Part shown: positions 26,290-40,800 of the stretch, one piece after another
Layout of the letters: each line of letters begins with the position of its first letter
How positions within the stretch are numbered: the first letter of the stretch is position 1
Source: Auanema rhodensis
Lineage: Eukaryota; Animalia; Nematoda
NCBI GenBank assembly: GCA_964057225.1
Contig: OZ059899.1
Location: 18,290,001-18,354,000, forward strand
DNA length: 64,000 bases
Direction: 5' to 3'
Position numbers and translations under genes: made by a program
Notes under the pieces: generated by a model
What the model was told of the DNA's origin: nothing
The model's database searches: none
What the model saw: the letters and a program-made list of their open reading frames with translations, nothing else

Positions 26290-29200
26290 CTGTGTTATCA
26301 GATTTGCGCTAGCTTAAAAATGCACCGAGATATCAACTGAAATAAGTTAACACATATATCCTCGATTTTCACCCTGAAGAATTAATTTTTTTGTTGAATA
26401 ACATTGTCCATCGTCTTCGCCTTGAAAAAAGGAATCTGAAAACATCTACTTTTTGTGAAATTATTTTGAAATTTTTAGGGAAAATTTTTGTCAAAATGTT
26501 TTTGGAAGCAATGTTGAGTGTACATGGAAACTCAACATACACTAATACATCATTTTTTAAACGATCATAACTAATTTTTGTCATAAGCGTTTTTCAATGT
26601 AGTATAGTGCATTCGATGCGGATTTTTAAACTGCGTCGATCTGTGTTATCAGATTTGCGCTAGCTTAAAAATGCACCGAGATATCAACTGAAATAAGTTA
26701 ACACATATATCCTCGATTTTCACCCTGAAGAATTAATTTTTTTGTTGAATAACATTGTCCATCGTCTTCGCCTTGAAAAAAGGAATCTAAAAACATCTAC
26801 TTTTTGTGAAATTATTTTGAAATTTTTAGGGAAAATTTTTGTCAAAATGTTTTTGGAAGCAATGTTGAGTGTACATGGAAACTCAACATACACTAATGCA
26901 TCATTTTTCAAACGATCATAACTAATTTTCGTATTAAGCGTTTCTCAATGTAGTATAGTGCATTCGATGCGGATTTTTAAGCTGCGTCGATCTATGTTAT
27001 CAGATTTGCGCTATCTTTAAAATGCACCGATATATCAACTGATATAAGTTCACACTTATATCCTCGATTTTCACCCTGAAGAATTAATTTTTTTGTTGAA
27101 TAACCTTGTCCATCGTCTTCACCTTGAAAAAAGGAATCTAAAAACATCTACTTTTTGTAAAATTATTTTGAAATTTTTAGGGAAAATTTTTGTCAAAATG
27201 TTTTTGGAAGCAATGTTGAGTGTACATGGAAACTCAACATACACTAATGCATCATTTTTCAAACGATCATAACTAATTTTCGTATTAAGCGTTTCTCAAT
27301 GTAGTATAGTGCATTCGATGCGGATTTTTAAGCTGCGTCGATCTGTGTTATCAGATTTGCGATAGCTTAAAAATGCACCGAGATATCAACTGAAATAAGT
27401 TAACACATATATCCTCGATTTTCACCCTGAAGAATTAATTTTTTTGTTGAATAACATTGTCCATCGTCTTCGCCTTGAAAAAAGGAATCTAAAAACATCT
27501 ACTTTTTGTGAAATTATTTTGAAATTTTTAGGGAAAATTTTTGTCAAAATGTTTTTGGAAGCAATGTTGAGTGTACATGGAAACTCAACATACACTAATG
27601 CATCATTTTTCAAACGATCATAACTAATTTTCGTATTAAGCGTTTCTCAATGTGGTATAGTGCATTCGATGCGGATTTTTAAGCTGCGTCGATCTGTGTT
27701 ATCAGATTTGCGCTATCTTTAAAATGCACCGAGATATCAACTGATATAAGTTCACACTTATATCCTCGATTTTCACCCTGAAAAATTGATTTTTTCGTTG
27801 AATAACATTGTCCATCGTCTTTGCCTTGAAAAAAGGAATCTAAAAACATCTAATTTTTGTGAAATTATTTTGAAATTTTTAGGGAAAATTTTTGTCAAAA
27901 TGTTTTGGGAAGCAATGTTGAGTGTACATGGAAACTCAACATACACTAATGCATCATTTTTCAAACGATCATAACTAATTTTCGTATTAAGCGTTTCTCA
28001 ATGTAGTATATTGCATTCGATGCGGATTTTTAAGCTGCGTCGATCTGTGTTATCAGATTTGCGCTAGCTTAAAAATGCACCGAGATATCAACTGAAATAA
28101 GTTAACACATATATCCTCGATTTTCACCCTGAAGAATTAATTTTTTTGTTGAATAACATTGTCCATCGTCTTCGCCTTGAAAAAAGGAATCTGAAAACAT
28201 CTACTTTTTGTGAAATTATTTTGAAATTTTTAGGGAAAATTTTTGTCAAAATGTTTTTGGAAGCAATGTTGAGTGTACATGGAAACTCAACATACACTAA
28301 TACATCATTTTTTAAACGATCATAACTAATTTTTGTCATAAGCGTTTTTCAATGTAGTATAGTGCATTCGATGCGGATTTTTAAACTGCGTCGATCTGTG
28401 TTATCAGATTTGCGCTAGCTTAAAAATGCACCGAGATATCAACTGAAATAAGTTAACACATATATCCTCGATTTTCACCCTGAAGAATTAATTTTTTTGT
28501 TGAATAACATTGTCCATCGTCTTCGCCTTGAAAAAAGGAATCTAAAAACATCTACTTTTTGTGAAATTATTTTGAAATTTTTAGGGAAAATTTTTGTCAA
28601 AATGTTTTTGGAAGCAATGTTGAGTGTACATGGAAACTCAACATACACTAATGCATCATTTTTCAAACGATCATAACTAATTTTCGTATTAAGCGTTTCT
28701 CAATGTAGTATAGTGCATTCGATGCGGATTTTTAAGCTGCGTCGATCTATGTTATCAGATTTGCGCTATCTTTAAAATGCACCGATATATCAACTGATAT
28801 AAGTTCACACTTATATCCTCGATTTTCACCCTGAAGAATTAATTTTTTTGTTGAATAACCTTGTCCATCGTCTTCACCTTGAAAAAAGGAATCTAAAAAC
28901 ATCTACTTTTTGTAAAATTATTTTGAAATTTTTAGGGAAAATTTTTGTCAAAATGTTTTTGGAAGCAATGTTGAGTGTACATGGAAACTCAACATACACT
29001 AATGCATCATTTTTCAAACGATCATAACTAATTTTCGTATTAAGCGTTTCTCAATGTAGTATAGTGCATTCGATGCGGATTTTTAAGCTGCGTCGATCTG
29101 TGTTATCAGATTTGCGATAGCTTAAAAATGCACCGAGATATCAACTGAAATAAGTTAACACATATATCCTCGATTTTCACCCTGAAGAATTAATTTTTTT

Positions 29201-29820
29201 GTTGAATAACATTGTCCATCGTCTTCGCCTTGAAAAAAGGAATCTAAAAACATCTACTTTTTGTGAAATTATTTTGAAATTTTTAGGGAAAATTTTTGTC
29301 AAAATGTTTTTGGAAGCAATGTTGAGTGTACATGGAAACTCAACATACACTAATGCATCATTTTTCAAACGATCATAACTAATTTTCGTATTAAGCGTTT
29401 CTCAATGTGGTATAGTGCATTCGATGCGGATTTTTAAGCTGCGTCGATCTGTGTTATCAGATTTGCGCTATCTTTAAAATGCACCGAGATATCAACTGAT
29501 ATAAGTTCACACTTATATCCTCGATTTTCACCCTGAAAAATTGATTTTTTCGTTGAATAACATTGTCCATCGTCTTTGCCTTGAAAAAAGGAATCTAAAA
29601 ACATCTAATTTTTGTGAAATTATTTTGAAATTTTTAGGGAAAATTTTTGTCAAAATGTTTTGGGAAGCAATGTTGAGTGTACATGGAAACTCAACATACA
29701 CTAATGCATCATTTTTCAAACGATCATAACTAATTTTCGTATTAAGCGTTTCTCAATGTAGTATATTGCATTCGATGCGGATTTTTAAGCTGCGTCGATC
29801 TGTGTTATCAGATTTGCGCT
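26290..29820. repeat. Local higher-order repeat: 1755-bp pentamer x2
   Basis: ORF anchor pairs 26369/28124, 26720/28475, 27422/29177, 27773/29528; rare markers aatgtggtat, gttttgggaag and tttaaactgcg each recur at 1755 bp. Confidence 0.9.
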
Positions 29821-32079
29821 ATCTTTAAAATGCACCGAGATATCAACTGAAATAAGTTAACACATATATCCTCGATTTTCACCCTGAAGAATTAATTTTT
29901 TTGTTGAATAACAATGTCCATCGTCTTCGCCTTGAAAAAAGGAATCTAAAAACATCTACTTTTTGTGAAATTATTTTGAAATTTTTAGGGAAAATTTTTG
30001 TCAAAATGTTTTTGGAAGCAATGTTGAGTGTACATGGAAACTCAACATACACTAATGCATCATTTTTCAAACGATCATAACTAATTTTCGTATTAAGCGT
30101 TTCTCAATGTAGTATATTGCATTCGATGCGGATTTTTAAGCTGCGTCGATCTGTGTTATCAGATTTGCGCTAGCTTAAAAATGCACCGAGATATCAACTG
30201 AAATAAGTTAACACATATATCCTCGATTTTCACCCTGAAGAATTAATTTTTTTGTTGAATAACATTGTCCATCGTCTTCGCCTTGAAAAAAGGAATCTAA
30301 AAACATCTACTTTTTGTGAAATTATTTTGAAATTTTTAGGGAAAATTTTTGTCAAAATGTTTTTGGAAGCAATGTTGAGTGTACATGGAAACTCAACATA
30401 CACTAATACATCATTTTTTAAACGATCATAACTAATTTTTGTATTGAGGGTTTCTCAATGTCGTATAGTGCATTCGATGCGGATTTTTAAGCTGCGTCGA
30501 TCTGTGTTATCAGATTTGCGCTATCTTTAAAATGCACCGAGATATCAACTGATATAAGTTCACACTTATATCCTCGATTTTCACCCTGAAAAATTGATTT
30601 TTTCGTTGAATAACATTGTCCATCGTCTTTGCCTTGAAAAAAGGAATCTAAAAACATCTAATTTTTGTGAAATTATTTCGAAATTTTTAGGTAAACTTTT
30701 TGTCAAAATGTTTTTGAAAGCAATGTTGAGTGTACATGGAAACTCAACATACACTAATGCATCATTTTTCAAACGATCATGACTAATTTTTGTATTAAGC
30801 GTTTCTCAATGTAGTATAGTGCATTCGATGCGGATTTTTAAACTGCGTCGATCTGTGTTATCAGATTTGCGCTAGCTTAAAAATGCACCGAAATATCAAC
30901 TGATATAAGTTCACACTTATATCCTCGATTTTCACCCTGAAGAATTAATTTTTTTGTTGAATAACCTTGTCCATCGTCTTCACTTTGAAAAAAGGAATCT
31001 AAAAACATCTACTTTTTGTAAAATTATTTTGAAATTTTTAGGGAAAATTTTTGTCAAAATGTTTTTGGAAGCAATGTTGAGTGTACATGGAAACTCAACA
31101 TACACTAATGCATCTTTTTTCAAACGATCATAACTAATTTTTGTCATAAGCGTTTTTCAATGTAGTATAGTGCATTCGATGCGGATTTTTAAGCTGCGTC
31201 GATCTGTGTTATCAGATTTGCGATAGCTTAAAAATGCACCGAGATATCAACTGAAATAAGTTAACACATATATCCTCGATTTTCACCCTGAAGAATTAAT
31301 TTTTTTGTTGAATAACATTGTCCATCGTCTTCGCCTTGAAAAAAGGAATCTAAAAACATCTACTTTTTGTGAAATTATTTTGAAATTTTTAGGGAAAATT
31401 TTTGTCAAAATGTTTTTGGAAGCAATGTTGAGTGTACATGGAAACTCAACATACACTAATACATCATTTTTTAAACGATCATAACTAATTTTTGTATTGA
31501 GGGTTTCTCAATGTCGTATAGTGCATTCGATGCGGATTTTTAAGCTGCGTCGATCTGTGTTATCAGATTTGCGCTATCTTTAAAATGCACCGAGATATCA
31601 ACTGATATAAGTTCACACTTATATCCTCGATTTTCACCCTGAAAAATTGATTTTTTCGTTGAATAACATTGTCCATCGTCTTTGCCTTGAAAAAAGGAAT
31701 CTAAAAACATCTAATTTTTGTGAAATTATTTCGAAATTTTTAGGTAAAATTTTTGTCAAAATGTTTTTGAAAGCAATGTTGAGTGTACATGGAAACTCAA
31801 CATACACTAATGCATCATTTTTCAAACGATCATAACTAATTTTCGTATTAAGCGTTTCTCAATGTAGTATAGTGCATTCGATGCGGATTTTTAAGCTGCG
31901 TCGATCTGTGTTATCAGATTTGCGCTAGCTTAAAAATGCACCGAGATATCAACTGAAATAAGTTAACACATATATCCTCGATTTTCACCCTGAAGAATTA
32001 ATTTTTTTGTTGAATAACAATGTCCATCGTCTTCGCCTTGAAAAAAGGAATCTAAAAACATCTACTTTTTGTGAAATTA

Positions 32080-35000
32080 TTTTGAAATTTTTAGGGAAAA
32101 TTTTTGTCAAAATGTTTTTGGAAGCAATGTTGAGTGTACATGGAAACTCAACATACACTAATGCATCATTTTTCAAACGATCATAACTAATTTTCGTATT
32201 AAGCGTTTCTCAATGTAGTATATTGCATTCGATGCGGATTTTTAAGCTGCGTCGATCTGTGTTATCAGATTTGCGCTAGCTTAAAAATGCACCGAGATAT
32301 CAACTGAAATAAGTTAACACATATATCCTCGATTTTCACCCTGAAGAATTAATTTTTTTGTTGAATAACATTGTCCATCGTCTTCGCCTTGAAAAAACGA
32401 ATCTAAAAACATCTACTTTTTGTGAAATTATTTTGAAATTGTTAGGGAAAATTTTTGTCAAAATGTTTTTGGAAGCAATGTTGAGTGTACATGGAAACTC
32501 AACATACACTAATACATCATTTTTTAAACAATCATAACTAATTTTTGTATTGAGGGTTTCTCAATGTCGTATAGAGCATTCGATGCGGATTTTTAAGCTG
32601 CGTCGATCTGTGTTATCAGATTTGCGCTATCTTTAAAATGCACCGAGATATCAACTGATATAAGTTCACACTTATATCCTCGATTTTCACCCTGAAAAAT
32701 TGATTTTTTCGTTGAATAACATTGTCCATCGTCTTTGCCTTGAAAAAAGGAATCTAAAAACATCTAATTTTTGTGAAATTATTTCGAAATTTTTAGGTAA
32801 AATTTTTGTCAAAATGTTTTTGAAAGCAATGTTGAGTGTACATGGAAACTCAACATACACTAATGCATCATTTTTCAAACGATCATAACTAATTTTTGTC
32901 ATAAGCGTTTTTCAATGTAGTATAGTGCATTCGATGCGGATTTTTAAGCTGCGTCGATCTGTGTTATCAGATTTGCGCTAGCTTAAAAATGCACCGAGAT
33001 ATCAACTGATATAAGTTCACACTTATATCCTCGATTTTCACCCTGAAAAATTGATTTTTTCGTTGAATAACATTGTCCATCGTCTTTGCCTTGAAAAAAG
33101 GAATCTAAAAACACCTACTTTTTGTGAAATTATTTCGAAATTTTCAGAGAAAATTTTTGTCAAAATGTTTTTGGAAGCAATGTTGAGTGTACATGGAAAC
33201 TCAACATACACTAATGCATCATTTTTCAAACGATCATAACTAATTTTTGTATTAAGCGTTTCTCAATGTAGTATAGTGCATTCGATGCGGATTTTTAAGC
33301 TGCGTCGATCTGTGTTATCAGATTTGCGCTAGCTTAAAAATGCACCGAGATATTAACTGATATAAGTTTACACTTATATCCTCGATTTTCACCCTGGAGA
33401 ATTAATTTTTTCGTTGAATAACAATGTCCATCGTCTTCGCCTTAAAAAAAAAATCTGAAAACATCTACTTTTTGTGAAATTATTTTGAAATTTTTAGGGA
33501 AAATTTTTGTCAAAATGTTTTTGGAAGCAATGTTGAGTGTACATGGAAACTCAACATACACTAATGCATCATTTTTCAAACGATCATAACTAATTTTTGT
33601 ATTGAGCGTTTCTCAATGTAGTATAGTGCATTCGATGGGGATTTTTAAGCTGCGTCGATCTGTGTTATCAGATTTGCGCTAGCTTAAAAATGCACCGAGA
33701 TATCAACTGATATAAGTTCACACTTATATCCTCGATTTTCACCCTGAAGAATTAATTTTTTTGTTGAATAACATTGTCCATCGTCTTCGCCTTGAAAAAA
33801 GAAATCTAAAAACATCTACTTTTTGTGAAATTATTTTGAAATTTTTCGGGAAAATTTTTGTCAAAATGTTTTTGGAAGCAATGTTGATTGTACATGGAAA
33901 CTCAACATACACTAATACATCATTTTTCAAACGATCATAACTAATTTTTGTATTGAGGGTTTCTCAATGTAATATAGTGCATTCCATGCGGATTTTTAAG
34001 CTGCGTCGATCTGTGTTATCAGATTTGCGCTAGCTTAAAAATGCACCGAGATATCAACTGATATAAGTTCACACTTATATCCTCGATTTTCACCCTGAAA
34101 AATTGATTTTTTCGTTGAATAACATTGTCCATCGTCTTTGCCTTGAAAAAAGGAATCTAAAAACACCTACTTTTTGTGAAATTATTTCGAAATTTTCAGA
34201 GAAAATTTTTGTCAAAATGTTTTTGGAAGCAATGTTGAGTGTACATGGAAACTCAACATACACTAATGCATCATTTTTCAAACGATCATAACTAATTTTC
34301 GTATTAAGCGTTTCTCAATGTAGTATAGTGCATTCGATGCGGATTTTTAAGCTGCGTCGATCTGTGTTATCAGATTTGCGATAGCTTAAAAATGCACCGA
34401 GATATCAACTGAAATAAGTTAACACATATATCCTCGATTTTCACCCTGAAGAATTAATTTTTTTGTTGAATAACATTGTCCATCGTCTTCGCCTTGAAAA
34501 AAGGAATCTAAAAACATCTACTTTTTGTGAAATTATTTTGAAATTTTCAGGGAAAATTTTTCTCAAAATGTTTTTGGAAGCAATGTTGAGTGTACATGGA
34601 AACTCAACATACACTAATACATCATTTTTTAAACGATCATAACTAATTTTTGTATTGAGGGTTTCTCAATGTCGTATAGTGCATTCGATGCGGATTTTTA
34701 AGCTGCGTCGATCTGTGTTATCAGATTTGCGCTATCTTTAAAATGCACCGAGATATCAACTGATATAAGTTCACACTTATATCCTCGATTTTCACCCTAA
34801 AAAATTGATTTTTTCGTTGAATAACATTGTCCATCGTCTTTGCCTTGAAAAAAGGAATCTAAAAACATCTAATTTTTGTGAAATTATTTTGAAATTTTCA
34901 GGGAAAATTTTTGTCAAAATGTTTTTGGAAGCAATGTTGAGTGTACATGGAAACTCAACATACACTAATACATCATTTTTTAAACGATCATAACTAATTT

Positions 35001-37800
35001 TTGTATTGAGGGTTTCTCAATGTCGTATAGTGCATTCGATGCGGATTTTTAAGCTGCGTCGATCTGTGTTATCAGATTTGCGCTAGCTTAAAAATGCACC
35101 GAAATATCAACTGATATAAGTTCACACTTATATCCTCGATTTTCACCCTGAAGAATTAATTTTTTTGTTGAATAACCTTGTCCATCGTCTTTGCCTTGAA
35201 AAAAGGAATCTTAAAACATCTAATTTTCGTGAAATTATTTTGAAATTTTTAGGGAAAATTTTTGTCAAAATGTTTTTGGAAGCAATGTTGAGTGTACATG
35301 GAAACTCAACATACACTAATGCATCATTTTTCAAACGATCATAACTAATTTTCGTATTAAGCGTTTCTCAATGTAGTATATTGCATTCGATGCGGATTTT
35401 TAAGCTGCGTCGATCTGTGTTATCAGATTTGCGCTAGCTTAAAAATGCACCGAGATATCAACTGAAATAAGTTAACACATATATCCTCGATTTTCACCCT
35501 GAAGAATTAATTTTTTTGTTGAATAACATTGTCCATCGTCTTCGCCTTGAAAAAACGAATCTAAAAACATCTACTTTTTGTGAAATTATTTTGAAATTGT
35601 TAGGGAAAATTTTTGTCAAAATGTTTTTGGAAGCAATGTTGAGTGTACATGGAAACTCAACATACACTAATACATCATTTTTTAAACAATCATAACTAAT
35701 TTTTGTATTGAGGGTTTCTCAATGTCGTATAGAGCATTCGATGCGGATTTTTAAGCTGCGTCGATCTGTGTTATCAGATTTGCGCTATCTTTAAAATGCA
35801 CCGAGATATCAACTGATATAAGTTCACACTTATATCCTCGATTTTCACCCTGAAAAATTGATTTTTTCGTTGAATAACATTGTCCATCGTCTTTGCCTTG
35901 AAAAAAGGAATCTAAAAACATCTAATTTTTGTGAAATTATTTCGAAATTTTTAGGTAAAATTTTTGTCAAAATGTTTTTGAAAGCAATGTTGAGTGTACA
36001 TGGAAACTCAACATACACTAATGCATCATTTTTCAAACGATCATAACTAATTTTTGTCATAAGCGTTTTTCAATGTAGTATAGTGCATTCGATGCGGATT
36101 TTTAAGCTGCGTCGATCTGTGTTATCAGATTTGCGCTAGCTTAAAAATGCACCGAGATATCAACTGATATAAGTTCACACTTATATCCTCGATTTTCACC
36201 CTGAAAAATTGATTTTTTCGTTGAATAACATTGTCCATCGTCTTTGCCTTGAAAAAAGGAATCTAAAAACACCTACTTTTTGTGAAATTATTTCGAAATT
36301 TTCAGAGAAAATTTTTGTCAAAATGTTTTTGGAAGCAATGTTGAGTGTACATGGAAACTCAACATACACTAATGCATCATTTTTCAAACGATCATAACTA
36401 ATTTTTGTATTAAGCGTTTCTCAATGTAGTATAGTGCATTCGATGCGGATTTTTAAGCTGCGTCGATCTGTGTTATCAGATTTGCGCTAGCTTAAAAATG
36501 CACCGAGATATTAACTGATATAAGTTTACACTTATATCCTCGATTTTCACCCTGGAGAATTAATTTTTTCGTTGAATAACAATGTCCATCGTCTTCGCCT
36601 TAAAAAAAAAATCTGAAAACATCTACTTTTTGTGAAATTATTTTGAAATTTTTAGGGAAAATTTTTGTCAAAATGTTTTTGGAAGCAATGTTGAGTGTAC
36701 ATGGAAACTCAACATACACTAATGCATCATTTTTCAAACGATCATAACTAATTTTTGTATTGAGCGTTTCTCAATGTAGTATAGTGCATTCGATGGGGAT
36801 TTTTAAGCTGCGTCGATCTGTGTTATCAGATTTGCGCTAGCTTAAAAATGCACCGAGATATCAACTGATATAAGTTCACACTTATATCCTCGATTTTCAC
36901 CCTGAAGAATTAATTTTTTTGTTGAATAACATTGTCCATCGTCTTCGCCTTGAAAAAAGAAATCTAAAAACATCTACTTTTTGTGAAATTATTTTGAAAT
37001 TTTTCGGGAAAATTTTTGTCAAAATGTTTTTGGAAGCAATGTTGAGTGTACATGGAAACTCAACATACACTAATACATCATTTTTCAAACGATCATAACT
37101 AATTTTTGTATTGAGGGTTTCTCAATGTAATATAGTGCATTCCATGCGGATTTTTAAGCTGCGTCGATCTGTGTTATCAGATTTGCGCTAGCTTAAAAAT
37201 GCACCGAGATATCAACTGATATAAGTTCACACTTATATCCTCGATTTTCACCCTGAAAAATTGATTTTTTCGTTGAATAACATTGTCCATCGTCTTTGCC
37301 TTGAAAAAAGGAATCTAAAAACACCTACTTTTTGTGAAATTATTTCGAAATTTTCAGAGAAAATTTTTGTCAAAATGTTTTTGGAAGCAATGTTGAGTGT
37401 ACATGGAAACTCAACATACACTAATGCATCATTTTTCAAACGATCATAACTAATTTTCGTATTAAGCGTTTCTCAATGTAGTATAGTGCATTCGATGCGG
37501 ATTTTTAAGCTGCGTCGATCTGTGTTATCAGATTTGCGATAGCTTAAAAATGCACCGAGATATCAACTGAAATAAGTTAACACATATATCCTCGATTTTC
37601 ACCCTGAAGAATTAATTTTTTTGTTGAATAACATTGTCCATCGTCTTCGCCTTGAAAAAAGGAATCTAAAAACATCTACTTTTTGTGAAATTATTTTGAA
37701 ATTTTCAGGGAAAATTTTTGTCAAAATGTTTTTGGAAGCAATGTTGAGTGTACATGGAAACTCAACATACACTAATACATCATTTTTTAAACGATCATAA
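32080..37800. repeat. Local higher-order repeat: 3158-bp 9-mer, ~1.8 copies, with rearranged derivatives continuing to about 42500
   Basis: ORF anchor pairs 32687/35845, 33038/36196, 33739/36897, 34090/37248; private markers aaattgttaggg and atagagcatt near 32440-32580 and 35598-35738. Confidence 0.88.
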
Positions 37801-40800
37801 CTAATTTTTGTATTGAGGGTTTCTCAATGTAATATAGTGCATTCGATGGGGATTTTTAAGCTGCGTCGATCTGTGTTATCAGATTTGCGCTAGCTTAAAA
37901 ATGCACCGAGATATCAACTGATATAAGTTCACACTTATATCCTCGATTTTCACCCTGAAGAATTAATTTTTTTGTTGAATAACATTGTCCATCGTCTTCG
38001 CCTTGAAAAAAGAAATCTAAAAACATCTACTTTTTGTGAAATTATTTTGAAATTTTTCGGGAAAATTTTTGTCAAAATGTTTTTGGAAGCAATGTTGAGT
38101 GTACATGGAAACTCAACATACACTAATACATCATTTTTCAAACGATCATAACTAATTTTTGTATTGAGGGTTTCTCAATGTAATATAGTGCATTCCATGC
38201 GGATTTTTAAGCTGCGTCGATCTGTGTTATCAGATTTGCGCTAGCTTAAAAATGCACCGAGATATCAACTGATATAAGTTCACACTTATATCCTCGATTT
38301 TCACCCTGAAAAATTGATTTTTTCGTTGAATAACATTGTCCATCGTCTTTGCCTTGAAAAAAGGAATCTAAAAACACCTACTTTTTGTGAAATTATTTCG
38401 AAATTTTCAGAGAAAATTTTTGTCAAAATGTTTTTGGAAGCAATGTTGAGTGTACATGGAAACTCAACATACACTAATGCATCATTTTTCAAACGATCAT
38501 AACTAATTTTCGTATTAAGCGTTTCTCAATGTAGTATAGTGCATTCGATGCGGATTTTTAAGCTGCGTCGATCTGTGTTATCAGATTTGCGATAGCTTAA
38601 AAATGCACCGAGATATCAACTGAAATAAGTTAACACATATATCCTCGATTTTCACCCTGAAGAATTAATTTTTTTGTTGAATAACATTGTCCATCGTCTT
38701 CGCCTTGAAAAAAGGAATCTAAAAACATCTACTTTTTGTGAAATTATTTTGAAATTTTCAGGGAAAATTTTTCTCAAAATGTTTTTGGAAGCAATGTTGA
38801 GTGTACATGGAAACTCAACATACACTAATACATCATTTTTTAAACGATCATAACTAATTTTTGTATTGAGGGTTTCTCAATGTCGTATAGTGCATTCGAT
38901 GCGGATTTTTAAGCTGCGTCGATCTGTGTTATCAGATTTGCGCTATCTTTAAAATGCACCGAGATATCAACTGATATAAGTTCACACTTATATCCTCGAT
39001 TTTCACCCTAAAAAATTGATTTTTTCGTTGAATAACATTGTCCATCGTCTTTGCCTTGAAAAAAGGAATCTAAAAACATCTAATTTTTGTGAAATTATTT
39101 TGAAATTTTCAGGGAAAATTTTTGTCAAAATGTTTTTGGAAGCAATGTTGAGTGTACATGGAAACTCAACATACACTAATACATCATTTTTTAAACGATC
39201 ATAACTAATTTTTGTATTGAGGGTTTCTCAATGTAGTATAGTGCATTCGATGCGGATTTTTAAGCTGCGTCGATCTGTGTTATCAGATTTGCGCTAGCTT
39301 AAAAATGCACCGAGATATTAACTGATATAAGTTTACACTTATATCCTCGATTTTCACCCTGGAGAATTAATTTTTTCGTTGAATAACAATGTCCATCGTC
39401 TTCGCCTTAAAAAAAAAATCTGAAAACATCTACTTTTTGTGAAATTATTTTGAAATTTTTAGGGAAAATTTTTGTCAAAATGTTTTTGGAAGCAATGTTG
39501 AGTGTACATGGAAACTCAACATACACTAATGCATCATTTTTCAAACGATCATAACTAATTTTTGTATTAAGCGTTTCTCAATGTAGTATAGTGCATTCGA
39601 TGCGGATTTTTAAGCTGCGTCGATCTGTGTTATCAGATTTGCGCTAGCTTAAAAATGCACCGAGATATCAACTGATATAAGTTCACACTTATATCCTCGA
39701 TTTTCACCCTGAAGAATTAATTTTTTTGTTGAATAACATTGTCCATCGTCTTCGCCTTGAAAAAAGGAATCTAAAAACATCTACTTTTTGTGAAATTATT
39801 TTGAAATTTTCAGGGAAAATTTTTCTCAAAATGTTTTTGGAAGCAATGTTGAGTGTACATGGAAACTCAACATACACTAATACATCATTTTTTAAACGAT
39901 CATAACTAATTTTTGTATTGAGGGTTTCTCAATGTCGTATAGTGCATTCGATGCGGATTTTTAAGCTGCGTCGATCTGTGTTATCAGATTTGCGCTAGCT
40001 TAAAAATGCACCGAAATATCAACTGATATAAGTTCACACTTATATCCTCGATTTTCACCCTGAAGAATTAATTTTTTTGTTGAATAACCTTGTCCATCGT
40101 CTTTGCCTTGAAAAAAGGAATCTTAAAACATCTAATTTTCGTGAAATTATTTCGAAATTTTTAGGTAAAATTTTTGTCAAAATGTTTTTGAAAGCAATGT
40201 TGAGTGTACATGGAAACTCAACATACACTAATGCATCATTTTTCAAACGATCATAACTAATTTTTGTCATAAGCGTTTTTCAATGTAGTATAGTGCATTC
40301 GATGCGGATTTTTAAGCTGCGTCGATCTGTGTTATCAGATTTGCGCTAGCTTAAAAATGCACCGAGATATCAACTGATATAAGTTCACACTTATATCCTC
40401 GATTTTCACCCTGAAAAATTGATTTTTTCGTTGAATAACATTGTCCATCGTCTTTGCCTTGAAAAAAGGAATCTAAAAACACCTACTTTTTGTGAAATTA
40501 TTTCGAAATTTTCAGAGAAAATTTTTGTCAAAATGTTTTTGGAAGCAATGTTGAGTGTACATGGAAACTCAACATACACTAATGCATCATTTTTCAAACG
40601 ATCATAACTAATTTTTGTATTAAGCGTTTCTCAATGTAGTATAGTGCATTCGATGCGGATTTTTAAGCTGCGTCGATCTGTGTTATCAGATTTGCGCTAG
40701 CTTAAAAATGCACCGAGATATTAACTGATATAAGTTTACACTTATATCCTCGATTTTCACCCTGGAGAATTAATTTTTTCGTTGAATAACAATGTCCATC

